A stretch of 64,000 nt of DNA from Promethearchaeia archaeon (GTDB lineage Archaea > Asgardarchaeota > Lokiarchaeia > Sigyniarchaeales > SOKP01). Under the pieces are notes generated by a model. That model was not told where the DNA came from, ran no database searches, and saw only the letters and a list, made by a program, of their open reading frames with translations. Made by a program: the position numbers and the translations under genes. This document shows, piece by piece, positions 29,529-40,396 of this stretch (the stretch's first letter is position 1; every line of letters starts with the position of its first letter). The stretch lies in the NCBI GenBank assembly GCA_029856125.1, contig JAHQWJ010000138.1:20521-84520 (forward strand), in the 5' to 3' direction.

Positions 29529-29572
29529 AATTAAATCACCAAGTCTCGGTCAATCAAGAAAAATCCAATGTT

Positions 29573-30034
29573 TTACAATTCAATTTTTGTTTCGGTAGTA
29601 GCTTTTTCTGCGTAAAAGAAACGTCCTGATCCCATAACATCTACATGTCTAAATGTTATCTCGTGATATGTAAACTGTTGAGACTTAATCTGGTGTCTTA
29701 ATTTTAATGTTCTCATTTGCTGTTTGGAGTAAGACTCAGTAACTTGTATTATTAATTTTCCTAGCTCTGAAACTAACAATTCGTCTTCCGAAGGATAGTA
29801 TTGGTCAGCATCTGCTCCAATCGCAACATTTCCCGTTCGAATTTCTCCAGGATTATTTTCAGCGGCATTCTTATATTTTATAAGATGAGTTACAATAGTT
29901 TTTAGATTATTGATACTAGGTTCTCCGATTTCTCCAAGGATTTTATATACTTTGCTTGGCTTTCTAAGGTAATCTTCAAGTGAGTCCGGAGAAATCTTTG
30001 GTCGATAATCAGGAAACATATTTTTTTCGTTCAT
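29573..30034 (-). CDS. Hypothetical protein
   Basis: 153 aa ORF with typical composition, co-oriented with the downstream gene. Confidence 0.7.
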   Translation of the reverse strand: MNEKNMFPDYRPKISPDSLEDYLRKPSKVYKILGEIGEPSINNLKTIVTHLIKYKNAAENNPGEIRTGNVAIGADADQYYPSEDELLVSELGKLIIQVTESYSKQQMRTLKLRHQIKSQQFTYHEITFRHVDVMGSGRFFYAEKATTETKIEL

Positions 30035-30164
30035 AATTTCTATATTTCAATTCGATAATAAAAATTTCTCTCTATTTATTACATAAAGATTTAAAACCAA
30101 TCGTGATGTATATTCCTAGAATCTAATAGATTTTTAAAGCAATTTAAATAGCAGTTGAAAATCA

Positions 30165-30743
30165 ATGTCATTTGAACAAGAAAAACAACCACATTATATC
30201 TTCAAGATATGTCTGCTGGGTCAAGGAGGTGTAGGAAAAACTTGTATAGCGAGAAGGTTATGCTTTGATACGTTCGATGCAAACACACGATTAACGATAG
30301 GGATTGATTTTTACACCTATGACCTCCCGATTATTGTTGACGGAAAGGAAACATATGTCCGCTTATCTCTTTGGGACTTCGGTGGACAGGAACAGTTCAA
30401 GCAAATGTTTAGTTATTATATTCATGGCGCAAACGGAATATTTATGATTTTTAGCTTGTTCAACCTAAATAGCACTCTAATTGGTTTGGATTGGTGGTAT
30501 GAACATCTCATAAAACAGAAGCAAAGCAAAACTCCAAAGTTACTAGTTGGATGTAAAAGTGATTTAACAAAAAAACTGGAAAAAGTTGACGAGTTAGTTA
30601 TAGAAAGCTTTAGGAAAAAACATAATAATGTTGATTTTTTTAAAACTTCTGCTAAGAAAAACTATAACATAAGGGAAATTTTCGTAGAGATGACCAAGAA
30701 CATCTTGGATACTCATGGTTTTAAATACGATAAACTGCTCTAA
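30165..30743 (+). CDS. Rab-like small GTPase
   Basis: GQGGVGKT, TIGIDF, LWDFGGQEQF, GCKSDL, KTSAK. Confidence 0.92.
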   Translation: MSFEQEKQPHYIFKICLLGQGGVGKTCIARRLCFDTFDANTRLTIGIDFYTYDLPIIVDGKETYVRLSLWDFGGQEQFKQMFSYYIHGANGIFMIFSLFNLNSTLIGLDWWYEHLIKQKQSKTPKLLVGCKSDLTKKLEKVDELVIESFRKKHNNVDFFKTSAKKNYNIREIFVEMTKNILDTHGFKYDKLL

Positions 30744-30759
30744 AAAAACTTCTTAATTT

Positions 30760-31716
30760 TTATATTATAACCACAATTACTCCTAAGATCGTAGTAAGTA
30801 CTCCCAAAAAACCGTATTTAGTAATCTTCTCTTTATTCAACCAATATGTTAGTGGAAGTGAAAATAATGGGCTTGCACTAGCTAATAATGACATCACAAT
30901 GGCTCCAGCCGTGTGAGCCGCCTCAGTGTATAAATATGCTCCTAAAGAAGTACCAATAATAGATGCTATAAGCAGAATAAACCATGTTTTAGAAGGCTTT
31001 CTAAATGAGTAAATGTTTTGTTTACTATTCCCAAAATTGTTTTCTCTCCAAACCATTAACAATAAAATCAACAGAGCAAATGGAAAGCGAATGACATTAC
31101 TAATAATCGAACTTATTCCGTTTGTAACTAAGATTTGATCAATTTGATTCGTCACATAATCAATTATGACAAGACCAATAGCCCATCCAAGCGAAGCAAT
31201 TAAAGCGTAAACAATCGGGATAAAAGAAGTGTGATAACTTAATTTTTGAGGGTGAATTTCCGAGTCTAGTGGGTTTTTGTTTTCAGCTTTCATTTTGGAT
31301 TTCCCTATCACTATGATCCCTAACCCAATAAGAACAATCGATAGAATTATCTTAGATTCAAAAGCACGATTTAGAAAAATTAGTGATAGAATAACGGTAA
31401 ATATAGGAAATGTCATTGATATCGCTAAAGCAAGCGTAGTACCAAGTTCTTTTTGCGCTTTAAAATACGCTGTGTCTCCAATTACTTGTCCAAAAAGAAA
31501 ACTTAGGAAAGTTATTACCCATAAATTCCATGGCAATAAGAATATATACGTAAAAATACCTAAAATAACAGCTAATACTATAAATGTTAAAGTTCCAATA
31601 GCTGTTCGAAAAAAGTTAATAAAAACAGGGCTAGCATACCGCTCAGTTTTTCGAAAGAGGACATTTGATACTACAAAAGTTAAGACTGCGAGAATTGCGA
31701 TTAATTCTCCAGTCAT
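30760..31716 (-). CDS. EamA/DMT family transporter
   Basis: Two EamA repeats, about 10 TM helices, SPLFSLPL..LNKEKIT. Confidence 0.85.
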   Translation of the reverse strand: MTGELIAILAVLTFVVSNVLFRKTERYASPVFINFFRTAIGTLTFIVLAVILGIFTYIFLLPWNLWVITFLSFLFGQVIGDTAYFKAQKELGTTLALAISMTFPIFTVILSLIFLNRAFESKIILSIVLIGLGIIVIGKSKMKAENKNPLDSEIHPQKLSYHTSFIPIVYALIASLGWAIGLVIIDYVTNQIDQILVTNGISSIISNVIRFPFALLILLLMVWRENNFGNSKQNIYSFRKPSKTWFILLIASIIGTSLGAYLYTEAAHTAGAIVMSLLASASPLFSLPLTYWLNKEKITKYGFLGVLTTILGVIVVII

Positions 31717-33149
31717 AAAATTACTTTCCTCTTTTTAGCATATTCGTACAACTTCAAAAACGATCTAGCTGCGCGTTCTATTGATTCGTATACCAAAAAT
31801 CCATCACTTTTTAGTTTATTGGATAAAATCTCCCGGGATTCGCTAGGATACTGTGGCAATATAATCACAAATATTTTATCTAAAGATTCTGCATGCTTCC
31901 TAATTCCAAGTAAATTGATATAAAAATTCTTAAATTTATCATCCTCCAAATCCCTCCAAGCATCAGTTACTATCATTACTAAATCGATCGTATCATCTAT
32001 TGCTGCCTTACAGACTTCCAAATAGACCTTACTTGAAATAATCCAAGGCATATCTAAAGGATTAGATAAACTCCCAACCCTAATAGGGTATATCTGTTTT
32101 AGTGCCTCTAACTTTTTTCCTGATATAATCGGTAGGCTCAAACCTAATTCAGTTAAAATATCAGTAGCTAAAATTCCAAAACCTCCAGACCATAAAACTA
32201 CTAAAACATTTTTATATTTAGGATACTCTATCTCTTTTTTTCTTTCTTTATAATTTTGTATATTCGTGGAAAATAAGTAAGTATAATCAATTAGCTCATC
32301 TAAAGATGGTGGAACGTCAATAATTGGTGTCTGTTTGAATATTGCTTTCCAAATATTAGCTTTTGAAGCCAAGGAGCCCGTGTGAGTTAAAACTGCTGCC
32401 TGACCTCTCTCAGTTCTTCCTCCGCGCATAAAGAGTACGGGTTTCTTCATATTTTTTAAAACTTCTAAGAGCCTTCTTCCCTCATTTTTTTGTAAAACAG
32501 GCAAACCCTCGAAGTAAACGCAAATCACTTGCGTTTCATTGTCATTATTTAAGTATTGTAAGAATTCAGAAACTTGAATATCAACGCAGTTTCCTACGCT
32601 TGCCCCTTTCGAAAATCTTAAATTGTATCTTCGAGTACCAAATTTAACCATCTTAGAATGTAAATCTCCGGACTGAAAGATTAATCCTACATCCCCATTT
32701 TCTGTAGGAAAAGAGGAGTAATATGCTATTTTTCCTCGTGGGCAATACAAACCCATACAATTTGGACCTATGCTTCTCGTAGAGGGATAGGCATTAAGGA
32801 TTTCTTTAATTTTCCTTTCAATAATAGCACCTTTTTCGTCAAATTCTCCAGTGCCCGCTGTAAAAATATGAATAAACTTAATTGTCTTACGGGATAATAT
32901 ATATGATAATTCCTTAATCAAATTGTCTCTTCTAACGGATAAAATAACGAGATCGATCGAATCAACAGGAACATCATCAACAGATTTTAAACATTTTAAG
33001 CCTAAAATTTCTTCAACTTTAGTAGAAACGAGATAGAGATTTTCCAAATTGTATCCTTGTCTAATAAATCCATCTACAAAAAAAGAAATTTTGGGCTTTG
33101 CATCATATATTAGGACATTTTTTGGTTTAAACAATCGTTCAAATGACAT
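31713..33149 (-). CDS. Acyl-CoA synthetase (NDP-forming) alpha-subunit-like CoA-binding protein
   Basis: LFKPKNV, IFTAGTGE, IGPNCMG, FQSG, GRTERGQAAVLTHTGSLA (phospho-His), SGGFG, NPLD. Confidence 0.85.
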   Translation of the reverse strand: MSFERLFKPKNVLIYDAKPKISFFVDGFIRQGYNLENLYLVSTKVEEILGLKCLKSVDDVPVDSIDLVILSVRRDNLIKELSYILSRKTIKFIHIFTAGTGEFDEKGAIIERKIKEILNAYPSTRSIGPNCMGLYCPRGKIAYYSSFPTENGDVGLIFQSGDLHSKMVKFGTRRYNLRFSKGASVGNCVDIQVSEFLQYLNNDNETQVICVYFEGLPVLQKNEGRRLLEVLKNMKKPVLFMRGGRTERGQAAVLTHTGSLASKANIWKAIFKQTPIIDVPPSLDELIDYTYLFSTNIQNYKERKKEIEYPKYKNVLVVLWSGGFGILATDILTELGLSLPIISGKKLEALKQIYPIRVGSLSNPLDMPWIISSKVYLEVCKAAIDDTIDLVMIVTDAWRDLEDDKFKNFYINLLGIRKHAESLDKIFVIILPQYPSESREILSNKLKSDGFLVYESIERAARSFLKLYEYAKKRKVIL

Positions 33150-33153
33150 TTCT

Positions 33154-33765
33154 TCATTTCTTACTTCCAATTATTTCCCCTAATTCTTCTTTTAAATAAG
33201 TATTACAGTTATAACAATATTTTGGTTTTGAATCGAATTTAGCTCCACATTGAGGGCATTCTGATCTATTTTTTAATTCGATATCCATTATATCTACTTT
33301 CTTCTCTTCATTTCTAATTAATTTTAAGAGTAAAGATAATCCTATGGAAACTATTACGAGTGTAATCGCTAGCGCGATAGTTTCGACTAAAAAAGTTGGG
33401 AAAATAGAGTTAAATGATGTTATTGAATACCTCCAATAGAAAACATAAAAAAAGAAATTAGGAAAAAAGAACGTTGTTAAATTCATTGAATAAACTTTTC
33501 TGAAATTGTTAAAAATTAGAATAGGTAATAACGATACAATTACCCATGTAATGTTTATGAATAAAAAACCATGAATTGTGTTATATAAAATAATGTTTGC
33601 AAGAAATTGGATAATAAATTGTTGTTCCCCTGCTCTAGGGTCAATACTCAAATCAAAATTAATTTGAATCCGATAGTTGAATATCGCGCTAGATATCAGT
33701 AAAATCAATATTTGAATGCAGAATACCATTAATTTACTTTTAAATAGCGACTTTATCTTCATCAT
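33154..33765 (-). CDS. Membrane protein with C-terminal zinc ribbon
   Basis: TM segments followed by CPQCG..SKPKYCYNC. Confidence 0.75.
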   Translation of the reverse strand: MMKIKSLFKSKLMVFCIQILILLISSAIFNYRIQINFDLSIDPRAGEQQFIIQFLANIILYNTIHGFLFINITWVIVSLLPILIFNNFRKVYSMNLTTFFFPNFFFYVFYWRYSITSFNSIFPTFLVETIALAITLVIVSIGLSLLLKLIRNEEKKVDIMDIELKNRSECPQCGAKFDSKPKYCYNCNTYLKEELGEIIGSKK

Positions 33766-33773
33766 TGCTTGAG

Positions 33774-33824
33774 CTATAAAATAAACTACTTGATATACAT
33801 CTATAAAATAAACTACTTGATATA
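33774..33824. repeat. Perfect 24-bp direct repeat CTATAAAATAAACTACTTGATATA (33774-33797, 33801-33824) in the divergent promoter region
   Basis: Read directly from sequence. Confidence 0.9.
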
Positions 33825-33942
33825 AAGTAAATAGAAAAATTTTTAATATTTGTTTATTTATTCTCTTTATAGTGCAGAACTTGTTAACTTATTCTTTATT
33901 GTTTTATTGTATTAATTCAAAAATTGAGGTTATTTTAGATTT

Positions 33943-36915
33943 ATGAGTTATTCATTCAGTCGAACTAAATTAGTTGAAAAAATTAAATTCGGATTATTAA
34001 GTCCCGATGAAATTAGAAAAATGTCTGCTGCCAGGATAATTACAGCAGATACTTACGATGAAGATGGTTTACCTATTCCCAGTGGCCTTATGGATCAACG
34101 GTTAGGGACTATAGAGCCGGGACAGAGGTGTCAGACTTGTGGTAACCTTGTTAGTAATTGTATGGGGCACTTTGGTCATATAGAATTAGCAAGGCCCGTT
34201 ATTCATGTCGGCTATTCGAAAAAAGTCCTTAAAGTCCTAAGAAGCATCTGTCCTGAATGTTCAAGGTTAATGTTAACAGATGAAGAAATGGAAACATTTC
34301 GGCAAGGACAAATGAAGCACCGTAGAATTTTCTTTGAAGATGATGAAGAAGCTACAAAGAATGTGTTTAAACAGGCAAGAAAAAGTAAAATTTGTCCGTA
34401 TTGTGGTGCAAAAAAGAAAAAAATTGTAATAGAAAAACCTACTACTTTTTATGAAGAAGAAGAAACTAAGGGCTCTCGAAGGATTACTCCTATTGAAATA
34501 CTAGAACGTCTTAAAAAAATGACAGACAACGACCTTAGGATTTTAGGAGTATCCCCTGAAAATGCGAGACTTGAATGGGTAATATTTACAGTATTACCAA
34601 TTCCACCTGTTTGTGCTCGACCTTCTATTACGTTAGATAGTGGAATTAGATCTGAAGATGATTTAACTCACAAGTTAGTTGATGTTATTCGTATTAACCA
34701 AAGACTTAGAGAAAATATTGATGCAGGCGCACCTCATCTAATCGTTGAGGATTTATGGGAATTACTTCAGTATCATATTACAACTTATTTCGATAATCAG
34801 GTTTCTGGAATTCCACCAGCGAGACATCGATCAGGGAGAGCGTTAAGAACTCTTACACAAAGATTAAAAGGGAAGGAAGGAAGGTTTAGAAGCAACTTAA
34901 GTGGAAAAAGAGTTGATTTTTCCGCACGCTCTGTAATTTCTCCAAACCCTTTCATTAGCATTAATGATGTAGGTGTACCAATGGAAATTGCTAAAATTTT
35001 AACTATACCTACAAATATAAACGATTGGAACATCGAAGAAATGAAACAACTCGTTCTTAATGGACCCTTTCATCATCCAGGAGCAAATTACATAATTAGA
35101 AGCGATCGTAGAAGGATAGATTTACGATACGTCAAGAATCGTAAAATAATTTCAGAAATGCTTGCTCCAGGATATACCGTTGAACGGCATTTAGCTGATG
35201 GTGATTTGGTTTTGTTTAATCGACAACCATCCCTTCATAGAATGTCTATTATGGCTCACGAGGTTAAAATAATGGATGGTCGAACTTTTAGGTTAAATTT
35301 AACGGTTTGCCCACCTTATAACGCCGACTTTGATGGTGATGAGATGAACTTGCATGTCCCACAAAGCGAAGAGGCTCGAACTGAAGCCGAACTGCTACTG
35401 AAAGTGCAAAATCATATATTATCTCCGAGATTTGGCGGTCCAATTCTGGGAGGAATTCAAGACTTTATTTCCTCTGTTTTCCAATTTACTAGTTTAGACT
35501 CACTTTATAACAGAAAAGACGCGTTAAAATTACTTTATATGGGGGATGTCTTTACTACTAAACCAGAATTTAGTTTAGACGATGTTACTCCAATTAAAAC
35601 CGATCCTGAGAAATATTACTCGGGAAAGCAAATTTTTAGCACTCTTTTTCCGAACGATTTGAATATAAAAGTAAAATCGAAATTTTGTAAAAAATGTGAA
35701 GTTTGTAAGGAAGAAGGTTGTGAATACGATGCTTATGTGGTAATTAAAAACGGTATTCTTATAACGGGAACTATTGACGAAAACTCATTCGGTGCTATGC
35801 AATCTAATAGTATTCTACAGCGTGTAATTAAGGATCATGGAAACGCGCGAGGAAGAGAATTTTTAGACAACGCCACAAAAATGTTATTGTACGTTATTCG
35901 TCAGAATGGAATGACTATGGGATTGGATGAAGTTTATGTCTATGGTGAAGCTTATGACAAAATTCTGAAAATTTTAAAAGATGTTGATATTGAAGCAAAA
36001 AAACTTATCAAAGCGTATAGAGAAGATGACACAACGGTTTTGAGAAGAGCCCCCGGACGTTCTATGCGCGAAACACTTGAACTTAGAATACGACAAATAT
36101 TAGCAGAAGCGAGAAAAATGGCAGAAGAAACCGCAGCTCACCATATTGGAGACGAAGCTCATTCAGTAATTATGACAAAGTCGGGAGCAAGAGGAAACAT
36201 CTTAAATTTAGGACAAATGTCCGCTGTAGTAGGCCAACAGGCAATAAGAGGTGAAAGAATCAATAGAGGATATAGTTCAAGAACTCTTCCACATTTTAAA
36301 CAAGACGACTTAACACCTAAAGCAAGAGGTTTTGTTGAGAGTTCTTACCGAAAAGGACTAAATCCCGAAGAATTCTTTTTTCATGCTATGGGTGGTCGAG
36401 AAGGTTTAGTAGATACTGCTGTTCGTACCTCTACTAGTGGGTATATGCAAAGACGGTTGGTAAACGCTTTACAAGACATGATTGTCGAAAATGATGGGAC
36501 TGTAAGAAATAGTGATAAAAATATTATCCAATTCCACTATGGTGACGATGGTATAGATCCTATGCATACCGATCATTCTGATGCGGTAAACCTTGATGTT
36601 CTTCTGCTCAAAGCTAAAGCACTTGATTTAAACGAAATTCGTGAGGAAATCAAAAAAAATCCAAAACCTAAAGTTACATCTAAAACAACAACAACCAAAA
36701 AACCTTCCGCTAAAAAACCTCCCGCTAAAAAACCTACACCTAAAAAACCTATCAAGAATTCACCTGAAAAACAAGAAAAAGCAGATAAGAAAGATCAAGC
36801 GCTCAGTGAAGAAGAATTGAGGGAATTGTATAACACAGAGACAGGTAAAAACGCAGAATGGAGAGGGAAGCTCACAAAAGGATATTTAGAGTGGAAAAAA
36901 GAAAGATTAGGATAA
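33943..36915 (+). CDS. rpoA1: RNA polymerase subunit A' (Rpo1N) with Lys/Pro-rich C-terminal extension
   Basis: CQTCG..CMGHFGHIEL, GKRVDFSARSVI, YNADFDGDEMN catalytic motif, DTAVRTSTSGYMQRRL. Confidence 0.98.
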   Translation: MSYSFSRTKLVEKIKFGLLSPDEIRKMSAARIITADTYDEDGLPIPSGLMDQRLGTIEPGQRCQTCGNLVSNCMGHFGHIELARPVIHVGYSKKVLKVLRSICPECSRLMLTDEEMETFRQGQMKHRRIFFEDDEEATKNVFKQARKSKICPYCGAKKKKIVIEKPTTFYEEEETKGSRRITPIEILERLKKMTDNDLRILGVSPENARLEWVIFTVLPIPPVCARPSITLDSGIRSEDDLTHKLVDVIRINQRLRENIDAGAPHLIVEDLWELLQYHITTYFDNQVSGIPPARHRSGRALRTLTQRLKGKEGRFRSNLSGKRVDFSARSVISPNPFISINDVGVPMEIAKILTIPTNINDWNIEEMKQLVLNGPFHHPGANYIIRSDRRRIDLRYVKNRKIISEMLAPGYTVERHLADGDLVLFNRQPSLHRMSIMAHEVKIMDGRTFRLNLTVCPPYNADFDGDEMNLHVPQSEEARTEAELLLKVQNHILSPRFGGPILGGIQDFISSVFQFTSLDSLYNRKDALKLLYMGDVFTTKPEFSLDDVTPIKTDPEKYYSGKQIFSTLFPNDLNIKVKSKFCKKCEVCKEEGCEYDAYVVIKNGILITGTIDENSFGAMQSNSILQRVIKDHGNARGREFLDNATKMLLYVIRQNGMTMGLDEVYVYGEAYDKILKILKDVDIEAKKLIKAYREDDTTVLRRAPGRSMRETLELRIRQILAEARKMAEETAAHHIGDEAHSVIMTKSGARGNILNLGQMSAVVGQQAIRGERINRGYSSRTLPHFKQDDLTPKARGFVESSYRKGLNPEEFFFHAMGGREGLVDTAVRTSTSGYMQRRLVNALQDMIVENDGTVRNSDKNIIQFHYGDDGIDPMHTDHSDAVNLDVLLLKAKALDLNEIREEIKKNPKPKVTSKTTTTKKPSAKKPPAKKPTPKKPIKNSPEKQEKADKKDQALSEEELRELYNTETGKNAEWRGKLTKGYLEWKKERLG

Positions 36916-36944
36916 TTTATTAAATTTTATAAAGGTCAAATGAA

Positions 36945-38153
36945 ATGGCAAAAGTAACTCAAGAAATTTTAGAGGAAAACTTAGAAATACTCAAAGAAGA
37001 TGGTATTCCCAACGATCTCATTAACAGAATCAGAAACCGCGTCAAAGATGAAGATCTTGAAGAAGAACAGCTAGAATACCTCTTAAACAAGATTTATATT
37101 AATTTTAATAATGCTATTGTCGAAACTCATGAACCTGTTGGAACAGTAGCAGCTCAAAGTATTGGAGAACCCGGAACACAAATGACTTTAAGAACATTTC
37201 ACTACGCGGGCGTAGAAGAATTCTCAGTAACCCAAGGTCTTCCTAGACTCATAGAAATCGTAGATGCTCGACGTTTTCCAAGTACACCTCAACAAACAAT
37301 TTATTTAGAAGAACCGTATAATCAAAGCGAAGAAAAGGCTATTGAAGTTCACAAAAGAATCGAACAAATTCGCATTGAACAAATAACTCATGATGTCGAC
37401 TTAGACTTTGTCAACTGGAACATCATCATCAACTTAATACCCGAAATCTGTGAGAAACGCGGTATCGATATTGAAGCTATTCCTGAAATATTGAAACGTT
37501 ACAAAAAGAAGGGAACAATCAAACGCGAAGGTAATTCTATAATTATTGATCCTCAGATTGAAGATATTCAAAATCTGCAAAAATTAAGAGAAAAGATACT
37601 TAAAAAAGTAGTTAAAGGTGTACGTGGTATTAAAAGAGGTTTACTAACACCAACAGACGATAAAAAGGAATGGGTTATTAAAACTGAAGGGACAAATATG
37701 CACGGCGTCGTTCAAATCGAAGGAGTAGATACTACTAGGACTGTGTCAAATCATATTCATGAAATCGAAAAACTCTATGGAATCGAGGCAGCTCGAAACA
37801 TGATAATTAAAGAGGCTCAAAAAGTTTTAGAACAACAAGGTTTAGATGTTGATAAAAGGCACCTCCTTATTTTATCCGATTTAATGTGCGTAGAAGGCTC
37901 AATTCAATCAATTGGAAGGCATGGAATTTCAGGTTCTAAATCAAGTGTATTTGCCAGAGCAGCGTTTGAGGTCACAGTAAATCAATTACTAGATGCAGGA
38001 CTGTATGGCGAAGAAGAGAAATTACTTGGAATTCCCGAAAATGTTATCATAGGTCAGATATCTCCCATAGGCACGGGTCGTGTAAATGTCATGTTCGACT
38101 TGGATGCTAACCTCGAAATATTAAATCAATTAAAAAAACCCGAGAATACATAA
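36945..38153 (+). CDS. rpoA2: RNA polymerase subunit A'' (Rpo1C)
   Basis: [43 protein letters not shown]. Confidence 0.97.
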   Translation: MAKVTQEILEENLEILKEDGIPNDLINRIRNRVKDEDLEEEQLEYLLNKIYINFNNAIVETHEPVGTVAAQSIGEPGTQMTLRTFHYAGVEEFSVTQGLPRLIEIVDARRFPSTPQQTIYLEEPYNQSEEKAIEVHKRIEQIRIEQITHDVDLDFVNWNIIINLIPEICEKRGIDIEAIPEILKRYKKKGTIKREGNSIIIDPQIEDIQNLQKLREKILKKVVKGVRGIKRGLLTPTDDKKEWVIKTEGTNMHGVVQIEGVDTTRTVSNHIHEIEKLYGIEAARNMIIKEAQKVLEQQGLDVDKRHLLILSDLMCVEGSIQSIGRHGISGSKSSVFARAAFEVTVNQLLDAGLYGEEEKLLGIPENVIIGQISPIGTGRVNVMFDLDANLEILNQLKKPENT

Positions 38154-38357
38154 AATAGGCATACAGCACGGATTACAATCCTAACCAATGGTTTTAACGC
38201 TTTTTAAACCCAATACTAAAAAAAGATAAGTTAAATGGCAATACTAATTTGAAGTTGCTTGAAAACAAGAAATAGGAGAACATGCGATAAAAATTTAAAT
38301 TATTGTGTATTTTTTTTATTACATTATTTTTGATTTTTAAAACTGACACAACAAGTT

Positions 38358-38738
38358 ATGACGATGGCAAGGAAAAACAAAAAGATAAGCGATACAATCG
38401 ACTTATCCCGAAAGAAAGTAAAAGAATTCGATATTGATACGAATATAAAAGTTGCTTATAAGACCGGTAAAATGATTTTTGGTAAAACCCAAGTCTTAAG
38501 GCAACTAAGACAAGATCCTTTTAAGATGATTATTATCGCAAATAACTGTCCAGCCGAATTGGAAGCCCAATTAAGTTATTATAATTCTCTTATAAAAAGC
38601 AACATATATATACACAAATATAAAGGTTCTTCGTGGGATCTAGGGTTAGCGATGGGCAAACCTTACATGATCTCCGTTATCGGAATCAACGATTTTGGAG
38701 ATTCGGATCTAATAACTTTGAAGGATAAAAATAATTAA
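38358..38738 (+). CDS. rpl30e: 50S ribosomal protein L30e
   Basis: KTGKMIFG, IIANNCP, GSSWDLGLAMGKPY, DFGDSDLI. Confidence 0.95.
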   Translation: MTMARKNKKISDTIDLSRKKVKEFDIDTNIKVAYKTGKMIFGKTQVLRQLRQDPFKMIIIANNCPAELEAQLSYYNSLIKSNIYIHKYKGSSWDLGLAMGKPYMISVIGINDFGDSDLITLKDKNN

Positions 38739-38745
38739 AGACTAA

Positions 38746-39234
38746 ATGGAACCGTTAATGATGTTACATAGAAATATCAAACTCGACAGAAAATCAATGG
38801 AATTAATATCGCTTTTCAATAATATTTCTGGAGCTATTATTAAAGATTGTTTAATATTTGAATCTCCTGAAAATAACTCTGAAATAATTATATTCTTAGT
38901 TAAAAAAGAAGATGTTGGGAAAGCAATTGGTAAAGCAGGGGAACATGTGAAAGATCTTATGAATAAGCTTCAAAAGAAGATCGATGTGATTCCTTGGTCA
39001 GAAGATCTTGGACAATTCATTCAATTCATATTAAATACTACTAAGAATTCAATCCAAGTTCAAAACATAGAAGTAAAAGAAAGTAGAAATGAGAAAAAAA
39101 CCGTGATTATTTCTGTACGACCTCAAGATCGTGGAAAAGCTATCGGTAAAGAGGGTTCAATGATTAGGAAGATAAAAGAACTCGTTTTACGTCATTTTGA
39201 AGTTGATAACGTAATAATTAACACAAAAAATTAG
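38746..39234 (+). CDS. nusA: Archaeal NusA
   Basis: Two KH motifs GKAIGKAG / GKAIGKEG; synteny. Confidence 0.92.
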   Translation: MEPLMMLHRNIKLDRKSMELISLFNNISGAIIKDCLIFESPENNSEIIIFLVKKEDVGKAIGKAGEHVKDLMNKLQKKIDVIPWSEDLGQFIQFILNTTKNSIQVQNIEVKESRNEKKTVIISVRPQDRGKAIGKEGSMIRKIKELVLRHFEVDNVIINTKN

Positions 39235-39334
39235 TTCATATTTTTCTCAATTCAAAAATTTTAAGTTTTAAGGTAGATGTTAAGTTATATCTCATTAAGT
39301 AAGATTTTAAAAATAAAGAATAAATTGATTTTTC

Positions 39335-39769
39335 ATGGCAAAACCTAAAGGTCTTTACGCAGCAAGACAACTGAAAAATAACCGAAAGAAGCTTAGATGG
39401 AGTAAAACTAAATATAAAAGAACCAAGCTTAAACTAAAGCAGAAAGTTGACCCCATGGAGGGATCTCCTCAAGCATTGGGTATCGTGCTTCAAAAGGTAG
39501 GGAGAGAAAGTAAACAACCTAACTCTGCTATTCGAAAGTGCGTCCGTGTTCAGTTAAAAAAGAATGGAAAAACTATCACTGCTTTTCTTCCAGGAGACGG
39601 TGCTCTTAATTTCATTGAAGAACATGATAGAGTACTTGTGGAAGGGATTGGAGGAGCTAAGGGTCGAGCAGTAGGTGATCTTCCTGGTGTGCGATGGCGC
39701 GTAGTTATGGTAAACGGTGTAAGCTTACAAGCGTTAATCTCAGGCAAGAAAGAAAAACCATTGAGATAG
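39335..39769 (+). CDS. rps12: 30S ribosomal protein S12 (uS12)
   Basis: [30 protein letters not shown]. Confidence 0.97.
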   Translation: MAKPKGLYAARQLKNNRKKLRWSKTKYKRTKLKLKQKVDPMEGSPQALGIVLQKVGRESKQPNSAIRKCVRVQLKKNGKTITAFLPGDGALNFIEEHDRVLVEGIGGAKGRAVGDLPGVRWRVVMVNGVSLQALISGKKEKPLR

Positions 39770-39778
39770 GTGTAAAAT

Positions 39779-40396
39779 ATGAGTAAAGTGAAAAAAGACA
39801 TTAAACTTTTTAACAAGTGGTCATTTGAAAAAATTGAAGTTAGAGATTGGACCTTGGAAAATTATATTAATCTAAAACCGGTTATAATTCCTCATACCGC
39901 AGGAAGGCACGAGCATAAGCGCTTTTGGAAAACTACTAAAATATCTATTATTGAGCGTTTTGTAAATAGATTACTAGCACCCGGTTTTATTGGCAGTAAA
40001 ATTAAAGGACATAAAAGTTCATACAGTTCTGGCAAAAAAAGTAAACTCTTAAGGAATCTAGAAAATGCTTTTACTTTATTGGAATTAAACACGGGTCATA
40101 ATCCAATTCAAGTGCTAGTTGACGCAATTTGTAATTCAGCGCCTAGAGAAGAAACGACACGTATCGCGATGGGTGGAATCTCCTATGCTTCTGCTGTAGA
40201 TATTTCGCCACAGCGTCGAGTAGATTTAGCGATTAAGTATTTGATCCAAGCAATTGGCTCAAGTTCTCACTCAAACGAAAGAGCTTTTGCTGCGAACATC
40301 TCTAAGGAGGTAGTATTAGCTTCTCAAGATTCTCAAGAATCTAAAGCAATAAAAAGGAAAGACGAGGTAGAAAGAATAGCCGTTTCAGCTCGTTAA
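39779..40396 (+). CDS. rps7: 30S ribosomal protein S7 (uS7)
   Basis: NPIQVLVDAI.NSAPREETTRI, VDISPQRRVDLA, ERIAVSAR. Confidence 0.97.
   Translation: MSKVKKDIKLFNKWSFEKIEVRDWTLENYINLKPVIIPHTAGRHEHKRFWKTTKISIIERFVNRLLAPGFIGSKIKGHKSSYSSGKKSKLLRNLENAFTLLELNTGHNPIQVLVDAICNSAPREETTRIAMGGISYASAVDISPQRRVDLAIKYLIQAIGSSSHSNERAFAANISKEVVLASQDSQESKAIKRKDEVERIAVSAR

Noticed and set aside
38154-38357. Structured leader or ncRNA between rpoA2 and rpl30e
   Set aside because: Only 4-5 bp stems; no recognisable K-turn, C/D box or tRNA pattern.
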